This document shows positions 1-16,075 of a stretch of 64,000 nt of DNA, piece after piece. Source of the stretch: Eledone cirrhosa (lineage: Eukaryota); the NCBI GenBank assembly GCA_964016885.1, contig OZ024741.1:34162001-34226000 (forward strand). Reading direction: 5' to 3'. The first letter of the stretch is position 1. Each line of letters begins with the position of its first letter. A program made the position numbers and the translations under genes. The notes beneath the pieces are model-generated. The model was given only the letters and a program-made list of their open reading frames with translations, was not told the origin of the DNA and did no database searches.

Positions 1-163
1 CATCACTACCACCCCCATCATATCACCCCCCATCTTATCATCACCACCACCACTCCCACCATCATATCATCACCACCACCTCCATCATTATCCTTTTGAA
101 CATCCTCTTCACAATCATCAATACCAATATACCATCATCATCACCACCAATACCAAAATGTAA

Positions 164-291
164 TTAACCCTTTACCTGCCAACCCAGTCAAAACCAACTC
201 TGGTTCTATGAAATAAAACCATCCATTTTAAAGGTTTCTAATTTAAAAAAAAAAAATCTTCTAACAATTTTATATAAGAACCTTACATTAA
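164..291. mobile_element. Left part of a TTAA-flanked (piggyBac-like) MITE
   Basis: Starts TTAACCCTTT. Aligns with the left half of the elements at 22703-22944 and 38480-39232 and stops at the same internal TTAA. Confidence 0.55.
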
Positions 292-335
292 CTCTACAGC
301 ACACAATATTTACCACGCAGTGTTTACCACATTTT

Positions 336-487
336 CAGTACTAAATATTCTCTACATATTCAGTACTAAATATTCTCTACATATTCAGTAGTAAATATTC
401 TCTACATATTCAGTAGTAAATATTCTCTACATATTCAGTAGTAAATGTTCTCTACATATTCAGTACTAAATATTCTCTACATATTCA
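336..487. repeat. 25-bp tandem repeat, ~6 copies
   Basis: Unit CAGTA(C/G)TAAATATTCTCTACATATT repeated head to tail. Confidence 0.95.
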
Positions 488-1084
488 CCGTTGACCCTTA
501 TGGTGTGTGGCCGATTGTCGCTCTTGGTGGTGTATTGATGGTTATTTTTTTTTTCCTGCTTTTCTTTTCGTTTTTCCTTTTCTTTTTCTCTCACCATAAA
601 TTGCTTTCACCATAAATGTTTGTGCATTACATTTGTGAGGTTCCCAGCAATAATTAATTGTATTTATTATATGTGTTTATATCTGTGTTTAGATTTTCAT
701 TTTGTAAGAACTATAAACAATTTGTAAAGTTATTTATACAAATGTGAACTTCGGAAAATAAAATGTTAATATTTGTTTTAAAAACCAAAAAAGATTTTAA
801 AAATATTCACCACATTATTTAGAATTGTGTAAAATATAATTTGGAAAGGGGAACATTTTTCAACCCTCTCTGATCTGTTCACTGTCTAGTTCACTGTTGA
901 TCACTGTGTCCAAATATTACCTCTCATCAAGCATGTCATCACCTCTTGTTAACTAAACCCCTTCTCTCTCTTCTCCCACCATGACCATCTGGCTGTACCA
1001 TTCTGACCTGCCATATACAAACAACTGTTCTTTATAAATATATACTTAAAAGCATGGCTCCTCATTGACACACTTTTTAGCTTC

Positions 1085-1490
1085 CACCTACACAATATCA
1101 GCTACTACCACCACCACTACCACCCACACTATCAATTACTACCACCCACACAATATCAGCTACTACCACCCACACTCTATCATTTACTACTACACAATTT
1201 CAGTTACTACTACCACCACCACAATATCTGTTACTACCACCACCACTACCACCTAAACAATATCAGTTACTACCACCACTACCACCTAAACAATATCAGT
1301 TACTACCACCACTACCACCTAAACAATATCAGTTACTACCACCACTACCACCTAAACAATATCAGTTACTACCACCACTACCACCTAAACAATATCAGTT
1401 ACTACCACCACTACCACCTAAACAATATCAGTTACTACCACCACTACCACCTAAACAATATCAGTTACTACCACCACTACTACTACCTAC
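1085..1490. repeat. 33-bp minisatellite
   Basis: Unit TAAACAATATCAGTTACTACCACCACTACCACC; homogeneous from 1254, degenerate upstream. Confidence 0.92.
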
Positions 1491-1669
1491 ACTATAAAAA
1501 GTGTTGGCAAACTCTAGGACAAATGTATATTTAGTCCAACATGCATTTTCAGTTTCATATACAAAGGGATGCAGAAAACATTAAAAGCACACTTCCACTC
1601 CATCCATGACCCTTCCAAAAAGGTTGGCAGTAGGAAAGGTACCTTACTTTCCTAAAATAAGTCAAGAGA

Positions 1670-2021
1670 ACCCTTTAGTTGTGTTAAGGATATAACAACC
1701 TCCTTAATGTTGGTGATCTACACAATAAACACACCCAGTACACTCTGTAAAGTGGTTGGTGATAGGAAGGGCATCCAGCCATAGAAAGCCTGCCAAACAA
1801 TGGGTTGGGAGGACCCTTCAGTTGTGTCAAAAACATGACAACCTCTCTAGTGCTGGTGTCACGATAAAATGAATTTGGTACAGTGTGGTACTAACTGTTA
1901 AGTGAAGTACGAGCTCCTGACCTGTCCAGGAGGTCAGTAACGCCGCTTCACTACTGACTCGGTTTGTGAAGATTCATCCAACCCATGCTAGCAGGGAAGG
2001 TGAATGTTAAATGAGGATGAT
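1670..2021 (+). mobile_element. RTE-tailed short retroposon or LINE 3' UTR remnant
   Basis: Contains ACACTCTGTAAAGTGGTTGG..AGGAAGGGCATCCAGCC and ends CCAACCCATGCTAGC..GTTAAATGAGGATGA. This resembles the 3' end of the RTE at 9506-10825 and relatives at 23160-23405 and 56250-56700. Confidence 0.7.
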
Positions 2022-2264
2022 ATATATAATAGAAAATAGTGTTTTGTTTGAAAGCTATCACAATGTGAATTGTACAGTAGATATAACAATGATGTTGGGA
2101 TGTTACCTTACAGCTGTTTATAGGTCCTTATATTTCGGGGGTAAAATCCCTTCATCAAAAGATTAATAGCAGAAATTAATTTGGAGCTGTATATTTCTTT
2201 TCACTCTTAAAAATATACAGATCCAAACTAGTTTCTTCTACTACAGCTTCCTTCCACTGATAAT

Positions 2265-2440
2265 TCCTGGCACTTCTTCAACCAATCATCATCTATATGT
2301 ACCACATGTCCATGCCACTATAGTCCTCTCTCCTACACATTGCCTTTGATTCCTCTTATACTTAGTCCTTCTCCCAGCTCATCCATGCTTCACCCTCCAT
2401 GTACATTAGTGCCACACATCAATGGAGGCATGCGTTTCAA
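2265..2440 (-). pseudogene. Degraded RTE-clade LINE ORF remnant
   Basis: Minus strand reads ERGL*WHGHVVHIDDDWLKKC, matching ERRLRWYGHVMRMKDDSCIKRC of the RTE at 11150-11845. Confidence 0.65.
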
Positions 2441-2624
2441 TTCTCTCTGGCCCATTGCACATCCACTTCACCCACAGTTTGATTTCCTTCCATGTGGCAT
2501 AGCATGGCAACTTGCATGCAGGTACCATATAGCCAGCCCCTCATTTGTGCATCTCCCACATGCAAAAGCACCCAGCCCACCCTATAAGGTGGGTCGTGTT
2601 GCTGACATAACAAAGAGCACTCGG

Positions 2625-2840
2625 TCTACCTGTGCTGGTGACACAATGAAAAAGGACCTAGTCGAACCTGTCAGTTGGTTGTTTTGGTGCCATGATAAAC
2701 AGCATCCAGTTTGCGTTGTAAATGTGGTTGGCATCAGGAAGGGCATCTAGCCGTAGAAACTAAGCCCAAAAGAGTTCTGTATGAGCAAGACAAGGTCATC
2801 TGGTCTGACTGGGCAAATGGGTGTTAAACGATGATGATGA
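2625..2840 (+). mobile_element. RTE 3' UTR-type retroposon fragment
   Basis: GTAAATGTGGTTGGCATCAGGAAGGGCATCTAGCCGTAGAAAC, ending in a GTTAAACGATGATGATGA tail. Confidence 0.7.
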
Positions 2841-2928
2841 TAATAAATATATATATGTGTGTGTGTATACACAAAATTAAAATTAATATATAGGGAGAAA
2901 GAGCCATGTATCATTACAGAAACAGTAT

Positions 2929-2966
2929 CTTATACATATATATAAAGCATATAATTAATTAACTTA

Positions 2967-3047
<81 letters not shown>

Positions 3048-3072
3048 TATACACATATATATACATATATAT

Positions 3073-3135
<63 letters not shown>

Positions 3136-3196
3136 TATACACATATATATACATATATATACACATATATATATATACATATATATACATATATAT

Positions 3197-3233
<37 letters not shown>

Positions 3234-3242
3234 TATACACAC

Positions 3243-3293
<51 letters not shown>

Positions 3294-3682
3294 CATATAT
3301 ATATATATACATATATATATTAGATGTACTATTTTCTATTCCTGATCATTCGCCCCCCCCCCCCCACCCTCTCAGTATTGTCTCCAATTTCTTCACTTTC
3401 TCTACATCCTTTTTGTTTATTGATTTAACTGGATTTCAGAGTTTTTAGTATTGGACCTACATATATAGACACACATACCTATATACATACACACACATAC
3501 CTATATACATACACACATATACATACATACACACACATACAATATAGATGGGGTGGGGTATTAAACCTGATGAAGGTGAGGAGGAAAAGGAACAGTAAGA
3601 GGAAGTTGACAATAGGAAATTGCTTAATGTGTGTGTGCATGCGTGCGTGTATGTGTGTGTACACGCATGTACACACACACAC

Positions 3683-3725
<43 letters not shown>

Positions 3726-3769
3726 TATGCATAAGTGTGTGTGTACATATGTGTGTGTGTGTATATATG

Positions 3770-3800
<31 letters not shown>

Positions 3801-3955
3801 GAATATATATATATGTATATATATATATGTATATATATATGTATATATATATATATATGTATATATATGTATATATATATATATATGTATATATATGTAT
3901 ATATGTATATATGTATATATATATATGTATATGTATATATATGTATATATATGTA

Positions 3956-4000
<45 letters not shown>
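2929..4000. repeat. (TA)n/(CA)n/(TATG)n microsatellite tracts
   Basis: Alternating purine-pyrimidine runs that produce the YIYI pseudo-ORFs; short unique spacers at ~3320-3455 and ~3545-3628. Confidence 0.95.
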
Positions 4001-4002
<2 letters not shown>

Positions 4003-4410
4003 GAGAGATGACCCCTTAGCCTTTGTCAAGGCAGAATTCTAGGAGAAGGAAAACTCTGATATAACACCTGCAACTCTGATGGTATCCAATGATGTTGACG
4101 TGTTCTTCTTTTTGGTAAATATCATCTTGGTTAAGAGAGTGGGACTGGCTTTGTGCAGTGCCTTTGCTCACTATAAAAGCTTCACGGCACAGGCATTGCT
4201 TTATATCTGGAGATCTCCCTGCATTTGTCGTCACATGATACCATGGGCCCAGCACTAGGTGTCAATAATTGTCACAAGTGTAGTGTTTGTACCAGAGTTT
4301 TCAAGTCGCTGGCTGGACTAAAAAGTCACACTCGTTCAGCGCATCGGTAGGGGTTCTCCTACATGGATATAAAGTAGTGGCCATACTCGAAAACGAGTTG
4401 GCAGCCACCA
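4001..4410 (+). mobile_element. Non-autonomous RTE-related element, copy 1 (5'-truncated)
   Basis: Near-identical to copies 2-4. Contains CTAGGAGAAGGAAAACTCTGA, a C2H2 mini-ORF at 4243-4350, the 3' hairpin ACTCG-AAAA-CGAGT and a (TA/TATG)n tail. Confidence 0.8.
4243..4350 (+). other. 35-aa ORF with a canonical C2H2 zinc finger inside the repeat (also at 4873-4980, 6042-6149, 7015-7122)
   Basis: [35 protein letters not shown] fits C-x2-C-x3-F-x5-L-x2-H-x4-H. The ATG is in ACCATGG context. Copy 4 has the first ligand Cys changed to Phe. Probably the relic C-terminus of an RTE ORF. Confidence 0.75.
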
Positions 4411-4474
4411 TGTATGTATATATATATGTGTGTATATATATATGTATGTATGTATGTATGTATATATATATGTA

Positions 4475-5040
4475 CAACCTGTCTCATGGTCGAGTCGTTG
4501 GCGACTAAACTGGCAACCCCACCAAGATTTCTTGGTGAGGAGGGTGACTTTGGACATCCTGCAGGACTAAAAACAAAACCTGTCAAAGGGCAAAGGAGCT
4601 CTTAAGAGTCAATGGCCATCCAAAATCACCGGGAGAGATGACCCCTTAGCCTTTGTCAAGGCAGAATTCTAGGAGAAGGAAAACTCTGATATAACACCTG
4701 CAACCCTGATGGTATCCAATGATGTTGAAGTGTTCTTCTTTTTGGTAAATATCATCTTGGTTAAGAGAGTGGGACTGGCTTTGTGCAGTGCCTTTGCTCA
4801 CTATAAAAGCTTCACGGCACAGGCATTGCTTTATATCTGGAGATCTCTCTGCACTTGTCGTCACATGGTACCATGGGCCCAGCACTATGTGTCAATAATT
4901 GTCACAGGTGTAGTGTTTGTACCAGAGTTTTCAAGTCGCTGGCTGGACTAGAAGGTCACACTCGTTCAGCGCATCGGTAGGGGTTCTCCTACATGGATGT
5001 AAAGTAGTGGCCGTACTCGAAAACGAGTTGGCAGCCACCA
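4475..5040 (+). mobile_element. Non-autonomous RTE-related element, copy 2 (longest, ~565 bp)
   Basis: Same body as copy 1 plus ~155 bp of extra 5' leader; the leader resembles 42388-42520. Confidence 0.8.
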
Positions 5041-5516
5041 TATATATATGTATGTATATATATATGTATGTATATGTATATGTATGTGTATATGTATGTA
5101 TATGTGTATGTATGTATGTATGTATGTATATATATATGTATGTATATATGTATGTATATATATATGCATATGTATATGCATATATATATGTATGTATGTA
5201 TATATGTATGTATGTATGTGTATATGTATGTATATATATATGTATGTATATGTATATGTATGTATGTGTATATGTGTGTATATATATATGTATGTATGTA
5301 TATATATATGTATGTATATATATATGTATGTATATATATATGTATATGTATATGTATATATATGTGTATGTATGTATATATGTATATGTATATGTATGTA
5401 TGTATGTATGTATGTATATATGTATATATGTATATGTGTATGTATGTGTATATGTATGTATATATATGTATGCATGTATATATATATATATGTGCATGTA
5501 TATATATGTATGTATG

Positions 5517-5559
<43 letters not shown>

Positions 5560-5686
5560 GTATATATATATATGTATGTATGTATATATATATATGTATG
5601 TATATGCATGTATATGTATATATGTATATATATATATATATGCATGTATATATATATATATGTGTATATATGTATATATATGCATG

Positions 5687-5730
<44 letters not shown>

Positions 5731-5826
5731 TGTATATGTATATGTATATATATATATATATGTATATGCATGTATATATATATATATATATGCATGTATA
5801 TATATATGCATGTATATATATATATA

Positions 5827-6206
5827 AAGGCAGAATTCTAGGAGAAGGAAAACTCTGATATAACACCTGCAACCCTGATGGTATCCAATGATGTTGATTT
5901 GTTCTTCTTTTTGGTAAATATCATCTTGGTTAAGAGAGTGGGACTGGCTTTGTGCAATGCCTTTGCTCACTATAAAAGCTTCACGGCACAGGCATTGCTT
6001 TATGTCTGGAGATCTCTCTGCACTTGTCATCACATGGTACCATGGGCCCAGCACTGTGTGTCAATAATTGTCACAGGTGTAGTGTTTGTACCAGAGTTTT
6101 CAAGTCGCTGGCTGGACTCAAAAGTCACACTCGTTCAGCGCATCGGTAGGGGTTCTCCTACATGGATATAAAGTAGTGGCCGTACTCGAAAACGAGTTGG
6201 CAGCCA

Positions 6207-6209
<3 letters not shown>
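5827..6209 (+). mobile_element. Non-autonomous RTE-related element, copy 3
   Basis: Starts at AAGGCAGAATTC and has the same 3' end, GGCAGCCACCA(TA)n. Confidence 0.8.
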
Positions 6210-6278
<69 letters not shown>

Positions 6279-6394
6279 GTATATATATATGTATATATAT
6301 ATGTATATATATATGTATATATATATGTATATATATATATATGTATATATATATGTATATATATATATATGTATATATATATGTATATATATAT

Positions 6395-6544
<150 letters not shown>

Positions 6545-6561
6545 ATATGTATATATATATG

Positions 6562-6592
<31 letters not shown>

Positions 6593-6593
6593 G

Positions 6594-6649
<56 letters not shown>

Positions 6650-6689
6650 GATATGTATATATGTATATATATATATATATATGTGTATG

Positions 6690-6723
<34 letters not shown>

Positions 6724-6725
6724 CA

Positions 6726-7182
6726 TGTCAAAGGGCAAAGGAGCTCTTAAGAGTCAATGGCAATCCAAAATCACTGGGAGAGATGACCCCTTAGCCTTTG
6801 TCAAGGCAGAATTCTAGAAGGAAAACTCTGATATAACACCTGCAACTCTGATAGTATCCAATGATGTTGACTTGTTCTTCTTTTTGGTAAATATCATCTT
6901 GGTTAAGAGAGTGGGACTGGCTTTGTGCAGTGCCTTTGCTCACTATAAAAGCTTCACTGCACAAGCATTGCTTTATATCTGGAGATGTCTCTGCACTTGT
7001 TGTCACATGGTACCATGGACCCAGCACTATGTGTCAATAATTGTCACAAGTTTAGTGTTTGTACCAGAGTTTTCAAGTCGCTGGCTGGACTAAAAAGTCA
7101 CACTCGTTCAGCGCATCAGTAGGAGTTCTCCTACATGGATATAGAGTAGTGGCCGTACTCGAAAACGAGTTGGCAGCCACCA
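6726..7182 (+). mobile_element. Non-autonomous RTE-related element, copy 4
   Basis: Starts at TGTCAAAGGG, has the same 3' end and carries private substitutions. Confidence 0.8.
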
Positions 7183-9505
<2,323 letters not shown>

Positions 9506-10825
9506 ATGGCCGAGCTAGAGAAGAAATTCCAAACATGGAAGCACGGCCTAGAGTCAAAAGGACTTAAAATTAACCTGGCTAAGACCAAAGTTCTAGTTTG
9601 TAGGAAAGAAAACAAGGCGGCGATCCCTTCTGGGAAATGGTCGTGCTCGGTGTGTAGGAAAGGCGTAGGTAGAAACTCCATTTTATGTCCTAAATGCAAA
9701 GTATGGTGCATAAAATATGTAGTGGGATCACAGGTAAGCTAACTAAGAACATAGATTTTACATGTGGCCAGTGTTCTGGTGCAATAAGTAGCAACAAGTG
9801 CCCACAAAATACTAGCTCTTTCAATTGCGCAGAGGGTTCAATAGAAATAGTGGACAGCTTCCGTTACCTGGGCGATAAAATCAGCAGTGGGGGAGGGTGC
9901 TCTGAAAGTACTGTAGCTAGAGTCAGAACTGGTTGGAAAAAGTTCAGAGAGCTTATAGCACTATTAGCTGCTAAAGGGTTCTCCCTAAAAATGAAAGGCA
10001 GGTTGTACGATGCCTGCATACGAACAGCAATGCTGCATGGCAGTGAGACCTGGGCATTGTGTGCAGAGGATATACGCAGACTAAAGAGGAACGAAGCTTG
10101 CATGCTCCGCTGGATGTGTAACAGTAATATACGTGAACGGCAAAGCATAAATGAACTAAGGAAAAAATTAGAGATAAGAGGGATCAGATGTTGTTTACTC
10201 GAGAGAAGGCTACGTTGGTATGGACACGTGATGCGCATGAAAGTCGATAGCTGTATAACAAATTGCAGGGCAATAAAGATAGACGGTAGTCACGGAATAG
10301 GCAGACCTAGAAAAACCTGGGACAAGCTGATAAACTCCGACATCACACACTTACACCTCTCCAAGACAATGTCACTGGACCGAGACCTTTGGCGGTACTC
10401 AGTAACAGAGAAGACCCGCCTTACCTAAATATATAGTAAAACCTACTCCAGCCAGTAGGCATCTCTAACAAAATACACCCCGTCCCACCACCACCACCCC
10501 CACCCCATCCACACCACCCCGTTCTATGTAAAGTTATGTTGGTGCCGCGCCATCCAGGCCGAAACAAATGAGATCGTGTAGGTGTCACGACAAAAAAACA
10601 CACAGTCCACGCTGTAATGTGGCCGTGTAGGCAACACGGGAAAAACCTCCCAGACCCACACTGTAAATGTGGTTGGTGTTAGGAAGGGCATCCAACTGTA
10701 GAAAACCTGCCAGACAGTCCTATGCGAGCAAGACAATCACTCTTGCCTCAAGTGGGACTACCCCCGTCTAAACCCATGCAAGCGTGGAACACGGACGTTA
10801 AACGTTGATGATGATGATGATGATG
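9506..10825 (+). mobile_element. 5'-truncated RTE-clade LINE (RT C-terminal part with Cys/His finger, 3' UTR, (GAT)n tail), frameshifted
   Basis: [12 protein letters not shown]; [32 protein letters not shown] with a 1-nt deletion near 9706; FRYLG; LHGSETW; RRLRWYGHVMR; GRPRKTW. Stop at 10428; tail GGACGTTAAACGTT(GAT)n. Confidence 0.93.
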
Positions 10826-10856
10826 TATGTGTATATATATGTATATATATATATGT

Positions 10857-11845
10857 ATCATCATCACCGTTTTACGTCCGTTCTTCCACGCTAGCATGGG
10901 TTAGACGGGTTGTCCTGTTGTGGGCAGTGTCTGGTCGGCTGACCATGCCTTGCTCATACAGGAACTGATCTGGCTTGATTTCTACAGCTGGATGCCCTTC
11001 CTAACACCAACCTCATTTACAGTGAGTGCTGGGTGCTTTTTCGTGGCGCCTACCCGTCCACTTTACAGTGTGGGCTGGGTGCTTTTTTTGCCGTGGCACC
11101 TCCACGGCCACCTTGCGGTGGAGGGGGTGGGGCATATTGTCTATATGCTTCAGCATGTACCCATGGGAGGTCGGGTACCCTGTATTACTGCGTGACGCCA
11201 GAAGTCACGGTCGTGTGTCATTGACTTTGAGAGGTGTAGTTGGGTAAGGTCGGCTTTTATCACCTCATCCCAAGTCATCTTGGGTCTCCCCACTCCGCGG
11301 TTTCCATCAACTTCTAGTGCTCTGCACCTTTTTATGCAGCTGTCATCCTTCATACGCATCACATGTCCATACCAGCGTAACCGCCTCTCCTGCACGCAGC
11401 ATTTGATTCCTCTTATGCTCAGTCTCTCTCTCAATTCCTTTATGCTTTGTCGTTCACGTATATTACTGTTACACATCCATCGGAGCATGCAGGCTTCGTT
11501 TCTCTCTAATCTACGTAAGTCTTCCACCTTCAGCGCCCAGGTCTCACTACCATGCAACATCGCTGTTCGGATACACGCATCATACAGTCTGCCTTTCATT
11601 CTGAGGGAGAAGCCTTTTGCAGCTAGCAGTGGTAGTAGTTCCCTAAACTTCTTCCATCCCGTTCTTACCCTAGTTATTGTACTTTCTGAGCACCCACCTC
11701 CGTTGCTAATTCGGTCACCTAGGTAGCAGAAGCTGTCTACTGTTTCTACAGGGCCCTCCCAGAGATTGGTGGTACTTGTTTCCTGTGGCTGTTTGCTTGC
11801 TGTTTCACCACAGCTGCTGCATGTGAATCCTACATTCTTATCCAC
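10857..11845 (-). mobile_element. 5'-truncated RTE-clade LINE, diverged relative, tail-to-tail with the previous element
   Basis: ORF 11150-11845 has FCYLG, LHGSETW, RRLRWYGHVMR and GRPKMTW. The 3' UTR and tail are homologous to 10570-10825. Confidence 0.93.
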
Positions 11846-11852
11846 ATATATA

Positions 11853-11909
<57 letters not shown>

Positions 11910-12097
11910 TATATACATACATTCACTCTCCAGACGCATAAGGGGGGGGGGGGGCTACAGCTTAAATCTGTCCATTCTACACACATGATGTTACCATGCC
12001 AACATCCAAGTTAAGGGATTCATCTATTGTACCTTTTCCCCTTGTTGTTGTTGTCTTTTCATGTTGTTTTATCCTCCATTGCTATTGCCAACAACAC

Positions 12098-15000
12098 CTA
12101 CCATCACACCACTACTACTGCCATCACCATCACACCACCACTACTACCATCACACCACTACTACTGCCATCACCATCACACCACCACTACTACCATCACA
12201 CCACTACTACTGCCATCACCATCACACAACCACTACTACCATCACACCACTACTACTACCATCACCATCACACCACCACTACTACCATCACACCACTACT
12301 ACTGCCATCACTATCACACAACCACTACTACCATCACACCACCACTACTGCCATCACCATCACACAACCACTACTACCATCACACCACTACTACTGCCAT
12401 CACCATCACACAACCACTACTACCATCACACCACTACTACTACCATCACCATCACACCACCACTACTACCATCACACCACTACTACTGCCATCACTATCA
12501 CACAACCACTACTACCATCACACCACCACTACTGCCATCACCATCACACAACCACTACTACCATCACACCACTACTACTGCCATCACCATCACACAACCA
12601 CTACTACCATCACACCACTACTACTGCCATCACCATCACACAACCACTACTACCATCACACCACTACTACTACCATCACCATCACACCACCACTACTACC
12701 ATCACACCACTACTACTGCCATCACCATCACACAACCACTACTACCATCACACCACTACTACTGCCATCACCATCACACAACCACTACTACCATCACACC
12801 ACTACTACTGCCATCACCATCACACAACCACTACTACCATCACACCACTACTACTACCATCACCATCACACCACCACTACTACCATCACACCACTACTAC
12901 TGCCATCACCATCACACAACCACTACTACCATCACACCACTACTACTGCCATCACCATCACACAACCACTACTACCATCACACCACTACTACTACCATCA
13001 CCATCACACCACTACTACTACCATCACACCACTACTACTGCCATCACCATCACACAACCACTACTACCATCACACCACTACTACTGCCATCACCATCACA
13101 CAACCACTACTACCATCACACCACTACTACTGCCATCACCATCACACAACCACTACTACCATCACACCACTACTACTGCCATCACCATCACACAACCACT
13201 ACTACCATCACACCACCACTACTGCCATCACCATCAAACCACTACTACTGCCATCACCATCACACAACCACTACTACCATCACACCACTACTACTACCAT
13301 CACCATCACACCACCCTACTACCATCACACCACCACTACTGCCATCACCATCACACAACCACTACTACCATCACACCACCACTACTGCCATCACCATCAC
13401 ACAACCACTACTACCATCACACCACCACTACTGCCATCACCATCACACAACCACTACTACCATCACACCACCACTACTGCCATCACCATCACACAACCAC
13501 TACTACCATCACACCACCACTACTGCCATCACCATCACACAACCACTACTACCATCACACCACCACTACTGCCATCACCATCACACAACCACTACTACCA
13601 TCACACCACTACTACTGCCATCACCATCACACAACCACTACTACCATCACACCACTACTACTGCCATCACCATCACACAACCACTACTACCATCACACCA
13701 CTACTACTACCATCACCATCACACCACCACTACTACCATCACACCACTACTACTGCCATCACCATCACACAACCACTACTACCATCACACCACTACTACT
13801 ACCATCACCATCACACAACCACTACTACCATCACACCACCACTACTGCCATCACCATCACACAACCACTACTACCATCACACCACTACTACTGCCATCAC
13901 CATCACACAACCACTACTACCATCACACCACTACTACTGCCATCACCATCACACAACCACTACTACCATCACACCACTACTACTGCCATCACCATCACAC
14001 AACCACTACTACCATCACACCACTACTACTGCCATCACCATCACACAACCACTACTACCATCACACCACTACTACTGCCATCACCATCACACAACCACTA
14101 CTACCATCACACCACTACTACTGCCATCACCATCACACAACCACTACTACCATCACACCACTACTACTGCCATAACCATCACACCACTACTACTGCCATC
14201 ACCATCACACAACCACTACTACCATCACACCACTACTACTGCCATCACCATCACACAACCACTACTACCATCACACCACTACTACTGCCATCACCATCAC
14301 ACAACCACTACTACCATCACACCACCACTACTGCCATCACCATCAAACCACTACTACTGCCATCACCATCACACAACCACTACTACCATCACACCACTAC
14401 TACTGCCATCACCATCACACAACCACTACTACCATCACACCACCACTACTGCCATCACCATCAAACCACTGCTACTGCCATCACCATCACACCACCACTA
14501 CTACCATCACACCACCACTATTGCCATCACCATCAAACCTCTACTACTGCCATCACCATCACACCACCACTATTACCATCACACCACCACTACTACCATC
14601 ACACCACCACTACTACCATCACACCACCACTACTACTGCCATCACCATCACACCACCACTACTACCATCACACCACTACTACTACCATCACACCACTACT
14701 ACTACCATCACCATCACACCACCACTACTACCATCACACCCCCACTACTACCATCACACCACTACTACTGCCATCACCATCACACCATCATTACTACCAT
14801 CACACCACCACTACTACCATCACCATCACACCACCACTATTACCATCACACCACCACTACTACCACCACACCACCACTACTACCATCACCATCACACCAC
14901 CACTATTACCATCACACCACCACTACTACCATCACACCACCACTACTACCATCACACCACCACTAATACCATCACACCACCACTACTACCATCACACCAC

Positions 15001-16075
15001 TACTACTGCCATCACCATCAAACCACCACTACTACCATCACCATCACACCACCACTACTACCATCACACCACCACTACTGCCATCACCATTACACCACCA
15101 CTACTACCGCCATCACTATCACACCACTACTACTGCCATCACCATCACACCACCACTACTACCATCACACCACCACTACTACCATCACACCACTACTACT
15201 GCCATCACCATCACACCACTACTACTACCATCACCATCACACCACTACTACTACCATCACCATCACACCACTACTACTGCCATCACCATCACACCACTAC
15301 TACTACCATCACCATCACACCACCACTACTACCATCACCATCACACCACTACTACTACCATCACCATCACACCACTACTACTGCCATCACCATCACACCA
15401 CCACTACTACCATCACCATCACACCACCACTACTACCATCACACCACTACTACTGCCATCACCATCAAACAACCACTACTACCATCACACCACTACTACT
15501 GCCATCACCACCACACCACCACTACTACCATCACCATCACACCACCACTACTACCATCACACCACTACTACTGCCATCACCATCACACCTACCATCACAC
15601 TACTACTACTACCATCACCATTACACCACCACTACTACCATCACACCACTACTACTGCCATCACCATCACACCTACCATCACACCACTACTACTACCATC
15701 ACCATTACACCACCACTACTACCATCACATCACTACTACTACCATCACCATCACACCATCATTACTGCCACCACCACCACTACTACTACCATCACCACAC
15801 TATTAGTACCATCACCACACTATCACCACAACACCACCACCAACAACAATGCCAACTCTACTATCATCAGCACATCATCACCACTACACCAACACCACTA
15901 TCAACACACCACCACCACCACCATCATCATACCTACTCCAACACCACACCAACTCCACCAACACCACACCAACTCCACCAACACCACACCAACTCCACCA
16001 CCACACCAACTCCACCACCAACGCCACACCAACTCCACCACTACACCAACTCCACCACCACACCAACTCCACCAG
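12098..16075. repeat. 46-bp CAC/TAC-rich satellite decaying into simple (CAC)n-like sequence
   Basis: Unit CCATCACCATCACACAACCACTACTACCATCACACCACTACTACTG; the ORF track shows 46-aa periodicity (three units). Confidence 0.95.

Noticed and set aside
2340-2750. 136-aa + strand ORF
   Set aside because: Overlaps an antisense RTE remnant and a retroposon tail; no recognisable domain.
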